This document shows, one piece after another, positions 1-7,121 of a stretch of DNA of 15,546 nt (positions within the stretch are counted from its first letter, which is position 1; every line of letters begins with the position of its first letter). This DNA is from a virus (lineage: Duplodnaviria; Heunggongvirae; Uroviricota; Caudoviricetes). A program made the position numbers and the translations under genes. The DNA lies in IMG/VR virus record IMGVR_UViG_3300003848_000002, positions 1 through 15,546 of that record. The stretch is one strand, 5' to 3'. The notes under the pieces were generated by a model, which saw only the letters and a list, made by a program, of their open reading frames with translations, was not told the origin of the DNA and did not search any database.

Positions 1-1
1 T

Positions 2-1165
2 GGCCGACGCTGGGGTAAGTCTCGACTGTCAATTTCTAAAATTATTCGTGCGGCCGCTTCCGGCCGCAAACAGCGTGTTTGGTACGTAGCGCCAACGTAT
101 CAAATGGCCAGGCAGATTTTGTGGGATGACCTTCAGGAGACAATCCCGCGCAAATGGGTGGCTAAAAAGAACGACACCACAATGACGATCGTTCTCAAGA
201 ACGGCTCGGAAATTGCCCTAAAAGGTGCGGATAAGCCAGATACGTTGCGTGGTGTTGCGTTGAACTTTGTCGTGCTCGACGAGTTCCAGGATATGAAGCC
301 TGACACCTGGTACAAGGTATTGCGTCCAACGCTGTCTTCTACCCGCGGTGGTGCGCTGATTATCGGTACACCGAAAGGCTTCTCTGAGTTCCATAAACTT
401 TGGACGATCGGGCAAAACGAAGATTTGCAGAAGAAGGGGCAGTGGAAGAGCTGGCAGTTTGTGACAGCTGATTCACCCTTTGTTCCAGAAGCGGAGATCG
501 AAGCCGCGCGGAATGATATGGACCCTAAATCATTCGCTCAGGAATACCTTGCGTCGTTTGAGAACATGTCAGGTCGCGTGTATTACCCGTTCGACCGCAA
601 AACGCATGTTAAGGATGTGGCCTTCAATCCGAAGCTGCCTATCTGGGTTGGTCAGGACTTCAACATCGATCCAATGTCCTCGGTCATCCTGCAGCCGCAG
701 CCGAATGGTGAAGTTTGGGCGGTGGATGAGCTGGTACTGTATTCTTCAAACACCGCAGAGGTATGTGATGAGCTGGAACGCCGGTACTGGCGCTCGAAGT
801 CTCAGGTAACAATCTTCCCAGACCCTGCAGGCGCATACCGACAACATGCGCGCGGTGAATCGGATGTGGACATCTTTAAGGAGAAGGGTTTTCTGCGCAT
901 CGATCATCCGAAGAAGCACCCGCCGATCGCTGACCGTGTGAATGCAGTAAACCGTATGCTGATGACCGCGTCTGGGGATGTGAGACTTTATATCAGCCCG
1001 AAGTGTAAGGGGCTGATTGAATCGCTGGAAAAGGTAATCTACAAACCGGGTTCGCGTGATATGGACAAGTCAGGTGGTGTAGAGCATAGCGCTGACGCCC
1101 TCGGCTATCCAATTCATAGAAGATTTCCGGTTAAAAGTCGTGTTATTCTTGGTGGCTCTCGATAG
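2..1165 (+). CDS. terL: Terminase large subunit (5' truncated by window edge)
   Basis: The frame is open from base 2, which reads GRRWGKS (Walker A), so the ORF-track Met at 104 is internal. Also present: Walker B NFVVLDE, coupling motif IIGTPKG, RNase H-like nuclease acidic motifs GQDFNIDP and HSADALGY. Stop TAG 1163-1165. Confidence 0.95.
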   Translation, partial: GRRWGKSRLSISKIIRAAASGRKQRVWYVAPTYQMARQILWDDLQETIPRKWVAKKNDTTMTIVLKNGSEIALKGADKPDTLRGVALNFVVLDEFQDMKPDTWYKVLRPTLSSTRGGALIIGTPKGFSEFHKLWTIGQNEDLQKKGQWKSWQFVTADSPFVPEAEIEAARNDMDPKSFAQEYLASFENMSGRVYYPFDRKTHVKDVAFNPKLPIWVGQDFNIDPMSSVILQPQPNGEVWAVDELVLYSSNTAEVCDELERRYWRSKSQVTIFPDPAGAYRQHARGESDVDIFKEKGFLRIDHPKKHPPIADRVNAVNRMLMTASGDVRLYISPKCKGLIESLEKVIYKPGSRDMDKSGGVEHSADALGYPIHRRFPVKSRVILGGSR

Positions 1166-1182
1166 GTGGTTAACTACCTATC
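1161..1182. promoter_or_regulatory. 22-bp quasi-palindrome, copy 1 (GATAGGTGGTTAACTACCTATC)
   Basis: Differs from its own reverse complement at only 2 positions. Overlaps the terL stop, upstream of the portal. 20/22 identical to 4616-4637 and 18/22 to 2687-2708. Function inferred. Confidence 0.7.
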
Positions 1183-1219
1183 TTAAAGCGGTATTTATAT
1201 TAAATTGGGGTTTGGTCAA

Positions 1220-2788
1220 ATGGAATTGACTGACAAAGTAATCAAGGATCTGGTTAAACGCCGGCATCCTGAGTACGAAAAGAAAAAGGAGCATTGGGAC
1301 TTTATTTCGGCCACCTACGCGGGTGGCCGGGCATGGTTCGATGACAACGTTTTCCGCTATTTCAAAGAAGGTGATCAGGAATACAAAGAACGTGTAGAGC
1401 GAGCATACCGCTTCAACCACACGCGTGAAGTTGTAAACCTGATCAACAAATACATTTTCCGCGAAGATATTCACCGCACTGAGGAAGATGCACCTGAGTT
1501 CATCCGGGATTTCTGGCGCCGCGCGACACGTCAAAACGTTTCCGTTAACGAGTTCATGGCCGCCATCGATCTGCAATCCTCCATCTATGGGCGAATTTGG
1601 GTTGTGGTGGATAGCACAATGGAAGCTGGAGCTGAGTCGGTTGAAGACCAGAAGAAGCAGGATGGCCGCGCCTACGCTTACTGGATTTCACCGCAGCAGA
1701 TGCTTGATCTGGCATGGGATGACGACGGTAACTTGCTGTGGGCGCTGGTGGTGGAAGTCGCCCGTGATGATGCCGACCCGTTTACATCTACCGGACAGGA
1801 GTTCCAGCGTTATCGCTTGTGGACTCAAAACGAATGGTATCTGTTCCGCGAAGAAGTGAAGAAAGGTGGCCATAAAGGTAATGCTAAGGTTTACCTCGAA
1901 GATAGCGGTGAGCATAACCTGGGTGTTGTGCCGGTGTTCCCTGTTGACTGTATTGGTCAAAGCGAATCGCCATACTTCAGCCCATCGCTCATTGATGACA
2001 TCGCTTACCTTGACCGTGCGGTGGCCAACTACCTGTCGAACCTTGATGCAATCATTCAGGATCAGACCTTCTCCCAGCTGGCGATTCCAGTTCAGGCAAT
2101 GCTGCCGGGCGATGAGAACCACGGCAAGGTATTGGAAATGGGAACTAAACGAGTGTTTACCTTTGATGGCGAAGGTGGCTCGCAGCCGTTCTACATGTCG
2201 CCAGACCCAAAGCAAGCCCAGATGATCATCACCACGGTTCAGACTGTCATTAACGAGATTTATCACTCTGTTGGTGTTGCCGGTGAACGAACCAAGCAGG
2301 ACAACGCCAAGGGCATTGATAATTCCTCTGGCGCAGCCAAAGCATACGACTTCCAGCGCGTGAATAGCTTGCTGGTGACGAAAGCTGAACGTCTGGAACG
2401 TGCAGAGCGCCAGATGCTTGCCCTGGTTGGCAAATGGATGGGTGAAGAGCTGGAAGACGATCACACATTGGTTAGCTACCCGGAGAGTTTCGACATCCGT
2501 GGTTTGACTGACGAATTTGCTGTTGCTCAGCAGTTATCAGAGTTGCAGGCGCCGGAAAGTGTTCGTCGTTATCAGATGGAAATGCTCATCGATAAGATTT
2601 TCCCGAACGTCACGGAGAAAATGAAAAAGGAATTTGAGGCAGATCTCTTGAAATTTCCTCCAAAAAATGTATCTGTGGGTATTGAAAATAGGTTGTCAAC
2701 TACCTATGATAAGGCATCTTCTCAAGAAACCGAGAATACTTCTTCCCAAGGATCAGGGAACTCATCTGCTCAAGCAACCGAGCGATAA
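1220..2788 (+). CDS. Portal protein (~522 aa)
   Basis: Follows terL, typical size, SPP1/HK97-class portal-like sequence (RFNHTREVVNLINKYIF, GVVPVFPV, SLIDDIAYLDRAVANYLSNLD). ATG 1220 with GGGG at 1207-1210 is preferred over TTG 1205. The last ~40 aa are low-complexity S/T/Q/E. Confidence 0.9.
   Translation: MELTDKVIKDLVKRRHPEYEKKKEHWDFISATYAGGRAWFDDNVFRYFKEGDQEYKERVERAYRFNHTREVVNLINKYIFREDIHRTEEDAPEFIRDFWRRATRQNVSVNEFMAAIDLQSSIYGRIWVVVDSTMEAGAESVEDQKKQDGRAYAYWISPQQMLDLAWDDDGNLLWALVVEVARDDADPFTSTGQEFQRYRLWTQNEWYLFREEVKKGGHKGNAKVYLEDSGEHNLGVVPVFPVDCIGQSESPYFSPSLIDDIAYLDRAVANYLSNLDAIIQDQTFSQLAIPVQAMLPGDENHGKVLEMGTKRVFTFDGEGGSQPFYMSPDPKQAQMIITTVQTVINEIYHSVGVAGERTKQDNAKGIDNSSGAAKAYDFQRVNSLLVTKAERLERAERQMLALVGKWMGEELEDDHTLVSYPESFDIRGLTDEFAVAQQLSELQAPESVRRYQMEMLIDKIFPNVTEKMKKEFEADLLKFPPKNVSVGIENRLSTTYDKASSQETENTSSQGSGNSSAQATER
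2682..2710 (+). promoter_or_regulatory. Putative sigma70 promoter inside portal 3' end, with palindrome copy 2 (2687-2708) in its spacer
   Basis: TTGAAA (2682-2687), 17 nt, TATGAT (2705-2710), about 100 nt upstream of the scaffold ATG 2807. AATAGGTTGTCAACTACCTATG spans the spacer. Confidence 0.6.
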
Positions 2789-2806
2789 GGCGTAAAAAGG
2801 AATTTT

Positions 2807-3709
2807 ATGAATCTGTGGCAAATGATGATGGCTCGTCGTGGCCTGATGGACGTCGCTGGCAAGGAAGAGCTGGGCGGTGGTGGTGGTGGTGGTGAACCAA
2901 CTAAAGATCAACCGGGTGAACAGCCTGGTGGCGAAGGTGGCGAACACGACCCTGGCACTGATGGCGCACATAAGCAGGCACGTCAGCCGGAACTCGACGA
3001 TGAATACGCAGGTCTGTCGCAAGAAGAGCTGATCGCAAAACTGCGTGATGCCAAGAAGTCAGGCGCTGAGCTTTTGAAAGAGAGCATGAAGCGCAAGGAA
3101 AAACTGGCTGCTTATGGTGACATCGACCCTGAACGTGCTCGTCGTTTGGTGGATGCTGAAGCTGCGGCAGAACGTACCCGTCAAGAAGCGGAGCAAGCTG
3201 AGCTTGAGCGCCGTGGTGAATTTGACGCGGTCAAAAAGCAAATGGTTGCAGCCCATCAAACCGATCTGCAGGTAGAGCGAGATGCTCGTACCCAGGTTGA
3301 GGCTGAGAATGCCACTCTGAAGGCGCAGCTGCTGGAGATGACCGTAGGTGCATCTTTCTCTGGCTCTGCTTTCTTGCGTGACAAAGCACTGATGACACCA
3401 GCTAAGGCTCGTGTGATTTACGGCAACCATTTTGAAGTAGGCGAAGACGGCAGCGTTGTAGGTTACGACAAACCAGCTGGTCAGAAAGACCGTGCGGTGC
3501 TGGTCGATGGCCATGGCCAACCTCTCGCATTCGAATCAGCGATTGAGCGTATTTTGCGTGCAGATCCTGAAGCCGACGCTTTGCTGCGAAGCGAGGCTAA
3601 ACCAGGTGCAGGCTCACAAAGTAAGCCAAGCGCCAAAGTAACCACCCCGGTGAACAAGTCAACGATTGACAAGTTAACTGCGGGGCTGGGAAAAATCGTT
3701 ACAAAATAA
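2807..3709 (+). CDS. Capsid scaffolding protein (300 aa)
   Basis: Lies between portal and capsid. G/E/P-rich disordered N-terminus followed by a long E/K/A/R-rich coiled-coil-like segment. RBS AAAAAGGA at 2794-2801. Confidence 0.8.
   Translation: MNLWQMMMARRGLMDVAGKEELGGGGGGGEPTKDQPGEQPGGEGGEHDPGTDGAHKQARQPELDDEYAGLSQEELIAKLRDAKKSGAELLKESMKRKEKLAAYGDIDPERARRLVDAEAAAERTRQEAEQAELERRGEFDAVKKQMVAAHQTDLQVERDARTQVEAENATLKAQLLEMTVGASFSGSAFLRDKALMTPAKARVIYGNHFEVGEDGSVVGYDKPAGQKDRAVLVDGHGQPLAFESAIERILRADPEADALLRSEAKPGAGSQSKPSAKVTTPVNKSTIDKLTAGLGKIVTK
2876..2893 (+). repeat. (GGT)6 trinucleotide run within a 7-Gly tract
   Basis: GGC(GGT)6 at 2873-2893 encodes GGGGGGG in the scaffold N-terminus. Confidence 0.9.
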
Positions 3710-3735
3710 CATCTTAATCAAAAGGAATTGAAAAG

Positions 3736-4608
3736 ATGCCATTACTGCGAGACGAAGCTGAAAAGCTGTCTAACAACGAACTGGAACAGGGCGTAATCGA
3801 AACTATCATCGATCGCGATGACCTGTTTGCCGTTCTTCCTTTCATGAAGATCAACTCTAAGGCGTATCTGTACAACCGCGAAGATTCACTGTCTGAAGCC
3901 AGCTTCATTGACGTGAACGATGTGGTTCCAGAAGGCGCTGCAACGTTCACCGAGCATGTGGCTAAGCTGCGTATTCTGGCTGGCGACGTTGACGTTGATA
4001 AATTCCTGGCAACCACCATGGCCGACACCAATAGCCAGCTGGCTATCCAGGTTCGTTCCAAAGTGAAAGGTTTGGCGCGCGCATTCCGCCGCAACCTGAT
4101 CCAGGGTGACTCCACCAAAGATGCCAAATCCTTCGACGGCATTGCCAAACTGATGGCTGCTGATCAGGGCATTGTTGCCAACGCTTCCATGACCTTCTCA
4201 ATGCTCGATGAGCTGGTCGATGCCGTGAAAGATCTGGGCGCTGACTGCCTGATGGTTCGTTCTGAGCATATGCGCGCTTACCGTGCGTTGCTGCGTACCG
4301 TGAACGTCGGCCCGTCTGAAGTGATGATCGAAAACTTTGGTCGCCCAATGCTGACTCACAACGGCATTCCTTTCATCGTGAACGACTTCATCCCTGTTGT
4401 TGACGGCGCTGCCGACATCTACGGCCTGCATCTGTCCGAAGAGAACGGTCTGACCGGTCTGTACGGTGGTGATAATGCCGGTATCGTGGTTGAGTCCATC
4501 GGCACCGTTCAGAACAAAGACGCCCTGCGTACTCGCGTTAAGTGGTACTGCTCTCTGGCGAACAAGCACGATAAAGCGATCGCAGCGCTGAAAGGCGTTA
4601 AGATTTAA
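3736..4608 (+). CDS. Major capsid protein, HK97 fold (290 aa)
   Basis: Follows the scaffold. RBS AAAAGGA at 3720-3726. HK97-class capsid-like segments (LFAVLPFMKI, LAGDVDVDKFL, SFDGIAKL, GRPMLTHNGIPFIVNDFIP). Followed by a strong terminator. Confidence 0.9.
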   Translation: MPLLRDEAEKLSNNELEQGVIETIIDRDDLFAVLPFMKINSKAYLYNREDSLSEASFIDVNDVVPEGAATFTEHVAKLRILAGDVDVDKFLATTMADTNSQLAIQVRSKVKGLARAFRRNLIQGDSTKDAKSFDGIAKLMAADQGIVANASMTFSMLDELVDAVKDLGADCLMVRSEHMRAYRALLRTVNVGPSEVMIENFGRPMLTHNGIPFIVNDFIPVVDGAADIYGLHLSEENGLTGLYGGDNAGIVVESIGTVQNKDALRTRVKWYCSLANKHDKAIAALKGVKI

Positions 4609-4615
4609 TCTTAAT

Positions 4616-4637
4616 GGTAGGTGGTTACCTACCTATC
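4616..4637. promoter_or_regulatory. 22-bp quasi-palindrome, copy 3 (GGTAGGTGGTTACCTACCTATC)
   Basis: 20/22 identical to copy 1. Lies between the capsid stop and the terminator hairpin. Confidence 0.7.
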
Positions 4638-4650
4638 AACGATCACTAGC

Positions 4651-4679
4651 AAGGGTGGGCAAGTCGCCCACCCTTTTTT
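4651..4679 (+). terminator. Rho-independent terminator after major capsid gene
   Basis: Perfect 10-bp stem AAGGGTGGGC / GCCCACCCTT, loop AAGTC, T6 at 4674-4679. Confidence 0.85.
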
Positions 4680-4690
4680 ATGGAGTAAAC

Positions 4691-4900
4691 ATGGCAGACA
4701 AAAAAGTACGTATTACCGAAGAAGTGCTCTCGGATTACACGGGTCACATGTTCGGTGTGCAATTAGAGAATAGCGTTACCACCAGCCCGGTGAGTGAAGC
4801 CCGACAGAAGCGAATGCTTGCCGCCCTGCGCGGTGAGGTAGTTGAGGTAGCTGCAGCCGCACCTACAGCTGCCACCGATGCCGGCACCGGCACTGAATAA
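4691..4900 (+). CDS. Small hypothetical head-associated protein A (69 aa), paralog of the next gene
   Basis: ATG 4691 with GGAG at 4682-4685; the ORF-track start at 4655 falls inside the terminator stem. The first 52 aa align without gaps to the next protein (17 identities). Confidence 0.75.
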   Translation: MADKKVRITEEVLSDYTGHMFGVQLENSVTTSPVSEARQKRMLAALRGEVVEVAAAAPTAATDAGTGTE

Positions 4901-4909
4901 ATATAACTT

Positions 4910-4925
4910 GGCCGTCTAATCGGCC
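4910..4925 (+). other. Short intergenic hairpin GGCCG-TCTAAT-CGGCC
   Basis: 5-bp GC stem between the two paralogous genes; no U tract, function unknown. Confidence 0.35.
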
Positions 4926-4940
4926 TCTATGGGGACTCAT

Positions 4941-5375
4941 ATGAAAACTGCAAAAGTAAGACTGCTCGAATCCTGCTTCAAAGCCTATACCGGCATGCTG
5001 TGTGGCATCCAGTTTGAAGATGGCATCTCTGTATCAGAACTGCCATTTGTGGATCAGCAGCGTATTTGCTCATCTATGCGCGCAGAAACCATTGAGGGCA
5101 CCAATGTGTCTCCTTCTGGCATTTATAGCGAACGTCATGGGTTATCCGCTGACAACGTAAAAGAGACCTCTGCGCCGGTTAATGAGCGTATGGAGCGAGT
5201 GACCACGCAAGCCCATGTAAGCACTCAGCCTATGTTCTCTCGTGAAGAGCTGGAGGCGGTAGCCGATAGCGAAGGAATTGCCGGTTTACGCCAGATCGGA
5301 AATGAGCTGGGGGTAAAGGGCAAGGGCATCGTTGAGATGATTGAAGGCATTTTGAAAGCCCAGGGCGGTGAATGA
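4941..5375 (+). CDS. Hypothetical head-associated protein B (144 aa) with possible C-terminal HeH/LEM-like helical domain
   Basis: ATG 4941 with GGGGA at 4931-4935. The N-terminal domain is shared with the previous gene. The C-terminus LRQIGNELGVKGKGIVEMIEGILKA has a helix-extension-helix-like pattern. Confidence 0.75.
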   Translation: MKTAKVRLLESCFKAYTGMLCGIQFEDGISVSELPFVDQQRICSSMRAETIEGTNVSPSGIYSERHGLSADNVKETSAPVNERMERVTTQAHVSTQPMFSREELEAVADSEGIAGLRQIGNELGVKGKGIVEMIEGILKAQGGE

Positions 5376-6205
5376 TGGCTCAGCTCGGCACGTTTAAAAG
5401 CGGCGAAGCTGTTTCGCTGTCATTCACTCTCAATGTGCTAGACGCGGCAACCGCAACGTACACCCTGAAAGACGGCCGGGCGAACATTGTGGCGGAAGAT
5501 GTGCCAGTGGAATTTGAGGCTGGCCAGATGTCCGTCACTGTTGTCGTGCCAGCTGAATACAATCAGCTGGCAGATCGTGAACGGGATTTGCGTCGTTTGG
5601 TCTTGACGGTTAATGACGGCACTATTAATCACCTCACAGAGCAGCTGTATGTTCTGATGGCAGACTTTGAGCTGGCGGTTCCACGGCATTCGTTTGCCAC
5701 AATCGCCGACGCCCAGATGCAGGCAATCGACATGCTGAATGGTGATGCTTTGCTTGCCGATGGCGACAGCTTGATGCGTAAGCGTCTTATTGAGGCCACG
5801 AATCGCATTAAGACAATGCCTTTCTCAATTCGTCGAATCTTTGGTATCGATTATGACGATTACGATCGACCGCAAAACATGCTGAACGTCACCACAATGC
5901 CGTTTGGCGCAGCAGGACAGTACCGCGTTGATATGGTGGATTGGGATGAGCTGACCGATGAGGATTTTGCTGCATTCCCGGATGTCTTTAAGCGCGCTGT
6001 GATGTTGGCTGTGATCAACGAAGCGTGTGAAATTGCCAACGGCAATGATGTAGCTGCCGCGCGTGAAGATGGAATCCTGTCGGAGTCGATTGGCGAGACG
6101 ACCAACATGTACCGAACCGGCAAGAGCGCACCCAAAACGGTTGCCAGAACCACTTGGCGTTTGTTAGCGAAATACACTAATAACCGGTTTATCGTTCGTC
6201 GATAG
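5375..6205 (+). CDS. Head-tail adaptor-like protein with extra N-terminal beta-rich domain (~276 aa)
   Basis: Overlaps the previous stop (ATGATG at 5372-5377; either ATG is possible). C-terminal part has SFATIADA, LIEAT and ILSESIGETT motifs typical of head-tail adaptors. First ~100 aa are beta-strand-like. Confidence 0.7.
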   Translation: MAQLGTFKSGEAVSLSFTLNVLDAATATYTLKDGRANIVAEDVPVEFEAGQMSVTVVVPAEYNQLADRERDLRRLVLTVNDGTINHLTEQLYVLMADFELAVPRHSFATIADAQMQAIDMLNGDALLADGDSLMRKRLIEATNRIKTMPFSIRRIFGIDYDDYDRPQNMLNVTTMPFGAAGQYRVDMVDWDELTDEDFAAFPDVFKRAVMLAVINEACEIANGNDVAAAREDGILSESIGETTNMYRTGKSAPKTVARTTWRLLAKYTNNRFIVRR

Positions 6206-6314
6206 CCAATTGTCGTGCCAGCAGCCACCAGCATGGGGGCAGGGTTGAAGTCATCCTTGATGCACCCGCACCAGCTGAATGGCGCTGGCGCTGTTTATTC
6301 ACATGGAGGTGAGT

Positions 6315-6659
6315 ATGCACGTAGCCTGGCAAACTGAACTCGCTGTGTACCGCAAAGGCGGAATGAACATCTACGGCGAGTCGAAATATCAATTTGTTAG
6401 AAGCGCCAAAGTTGGCGTGGTGAACTTCACGGAAGGTGTTGTCCAGTCGTCCGTAAGGGCTGATAGCTCTGGTAGTCGTGGCAAAGCTGACGTAGAGACG
6501 TTTAATGCTGTGTTAATTGTGCCCCTGGCTGCTGATGTTAAGCTGGATGACGTTCTGGTGATGTCTGGCACTAAGTTGCTGGTGGCGAGCGTAGAGCGTC
6601 GTTGGGGGCTTCGTGGGCGCCCTGGTCATCTGGAAGTCGGGGCAAACGTATGGGTCTGA
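6315..6659 (+). CDS. Head closure (stopper) protein (~114 aa)
   Basis: Strong RBS GGAGGTG at 6305-6311 before ATG 6315, preferred over 6279. Position after the adaptor, and the NIYGE and DDVLVMSG..LLVASV...GHLEV patterns, fit SPP1 gp16-class proteins. Confidence 0.7.
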   Translation: MHVAWQTELAVYRKGGMNIYGESKYQFVRSAKVGVVNFTEGVVQSSVRADSSGSRGKADVETFNAVLIVPLAADVKLDDVLVMSGTKLLVASVERRWGLRGRPGHLEVGANVWV

Positions 6660-7120
6660 GTTACGACGCTACAAAGTTACGACGCCAGGCCAATTCTCTC
6701 GATCAGCGTCAAAAAGCATTTAAGCGTTACCTGCTTCGCGACATGGAGAAGGTGGCTAAGGTGATGGAGCGATTGGCCAGAGCTATGGCGCCGATTGAAA
6801 CCGGATCACTTGAAAAGGCGATTTACGCGCGCGTGATCAATAACTTCTCTGAGGTGAAAGTCGAGCTGTATGTCTCCGGTGCAACATCTCGCGAGGGACA
6901 CCCGGGCGTGACGGTTGGGCAATATGCGGATTACATGCACAACGATCACTACCGGCTTGGCCGATTGTCGAGAATGAAGAGCGTCACCAACCCGCCGATC
7001 GAGGGAATGCGAGCGAGGGTAGGGCGTCTCTATATGGAGCGCGCGATTGAAATGGGCGAAAAACGGTTCAGGGAAGCTGTGACAGAAGCAGCGAGAAAGG
7101 CCGGATTCACAAGGGGGTGA
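6650..7120 (+). CDS. Neck protein, HK97 gp10-like (~156 aa)
   Basis: ARAMAPIETGSLEKAI matches the A..APVDTG.L..SI signature. ATG 6650 overlaps the previous gene and has GGGG at 6639-6642; the ORF-track start at 6602 is unlikely. Confidence 0.8.
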   Translation: MGLSYDATKLRRQANSLDQRQKAFKRYLLRDMEKVAKVMERLARAMAPIETGSLEKAIYARVINNFSEVKVELYVSGATSREGHPGVTVGQYADYMHNDHYRLGRLSRMKSVTNPPIEGMRARVGRLYMERAIEMGEKRFREAVTEAARKAGFTRG

Positions 7121-7121
7121 A

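Noticed and set aside
104-106. ORF-track start of the terminase at ATG 104
   Set aside because: The frame is open from base 2 and encodes the Walker A motif upstream, so the true start lies outside the window.
2206-2212. Second in-frame C_CCA_AAG heptamer inside the portal gene
   Set aside because: Mid-domain, no obvious downstream stem, and a shift would destroy the portal. Treated as chance and recorded as a caveat for the tail-gene signal.
1178-2464. Long minus-strand ORFs opposite the portal (1178-1576, 1688-2464) and similar antisense ORFs opposite scaffold, capsid, tube (7881-8375) and tape measure
   Set aside because: Fully nested antisense to well-supported genes, with no recognisable motifs or RBS; consistent with codon-bias shadow ORFs.
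2662-2668. A_AAA_AAT heptamer at the portal core/tail boundary (-1 product would end PPKKCICGY)
   Set aside because: AAU in the A site is a weak shifter in enterobacteria and no stimulator was seen; the A run is explained by AT-rich promoter-upstream sequence.
4608-4639. Minus-strand TTGATA-N20-TAAGAT around palindrome copy 3 (MerR-like long-spacer antisense promoter)
   Set aside because: The geometry is not reproduced at copies 1 or 2, and hexamer-like matches are expected by chance in AT-rich DNA.
4655-4690. N-terminal extension of protein A from GTG 4655, and similar extended starts at 1205, 4929, 6279, 6602, 7602 and 9077
   Set aside because: They lack RBSs or fall within hairpins or upstream genes; downstream ATGs have well-spaced SD sequences. 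For 4691 and 4941 the paralog alignment begins exactly at those Mets.
6184-6312. Programmed -1 frameshift extension of the adaptor protein
   Set aside because: The frame is open for 43 codons, but there is no slippery sequence in 6184-6202, and open stretches of this length are common in GC-rich DNA.
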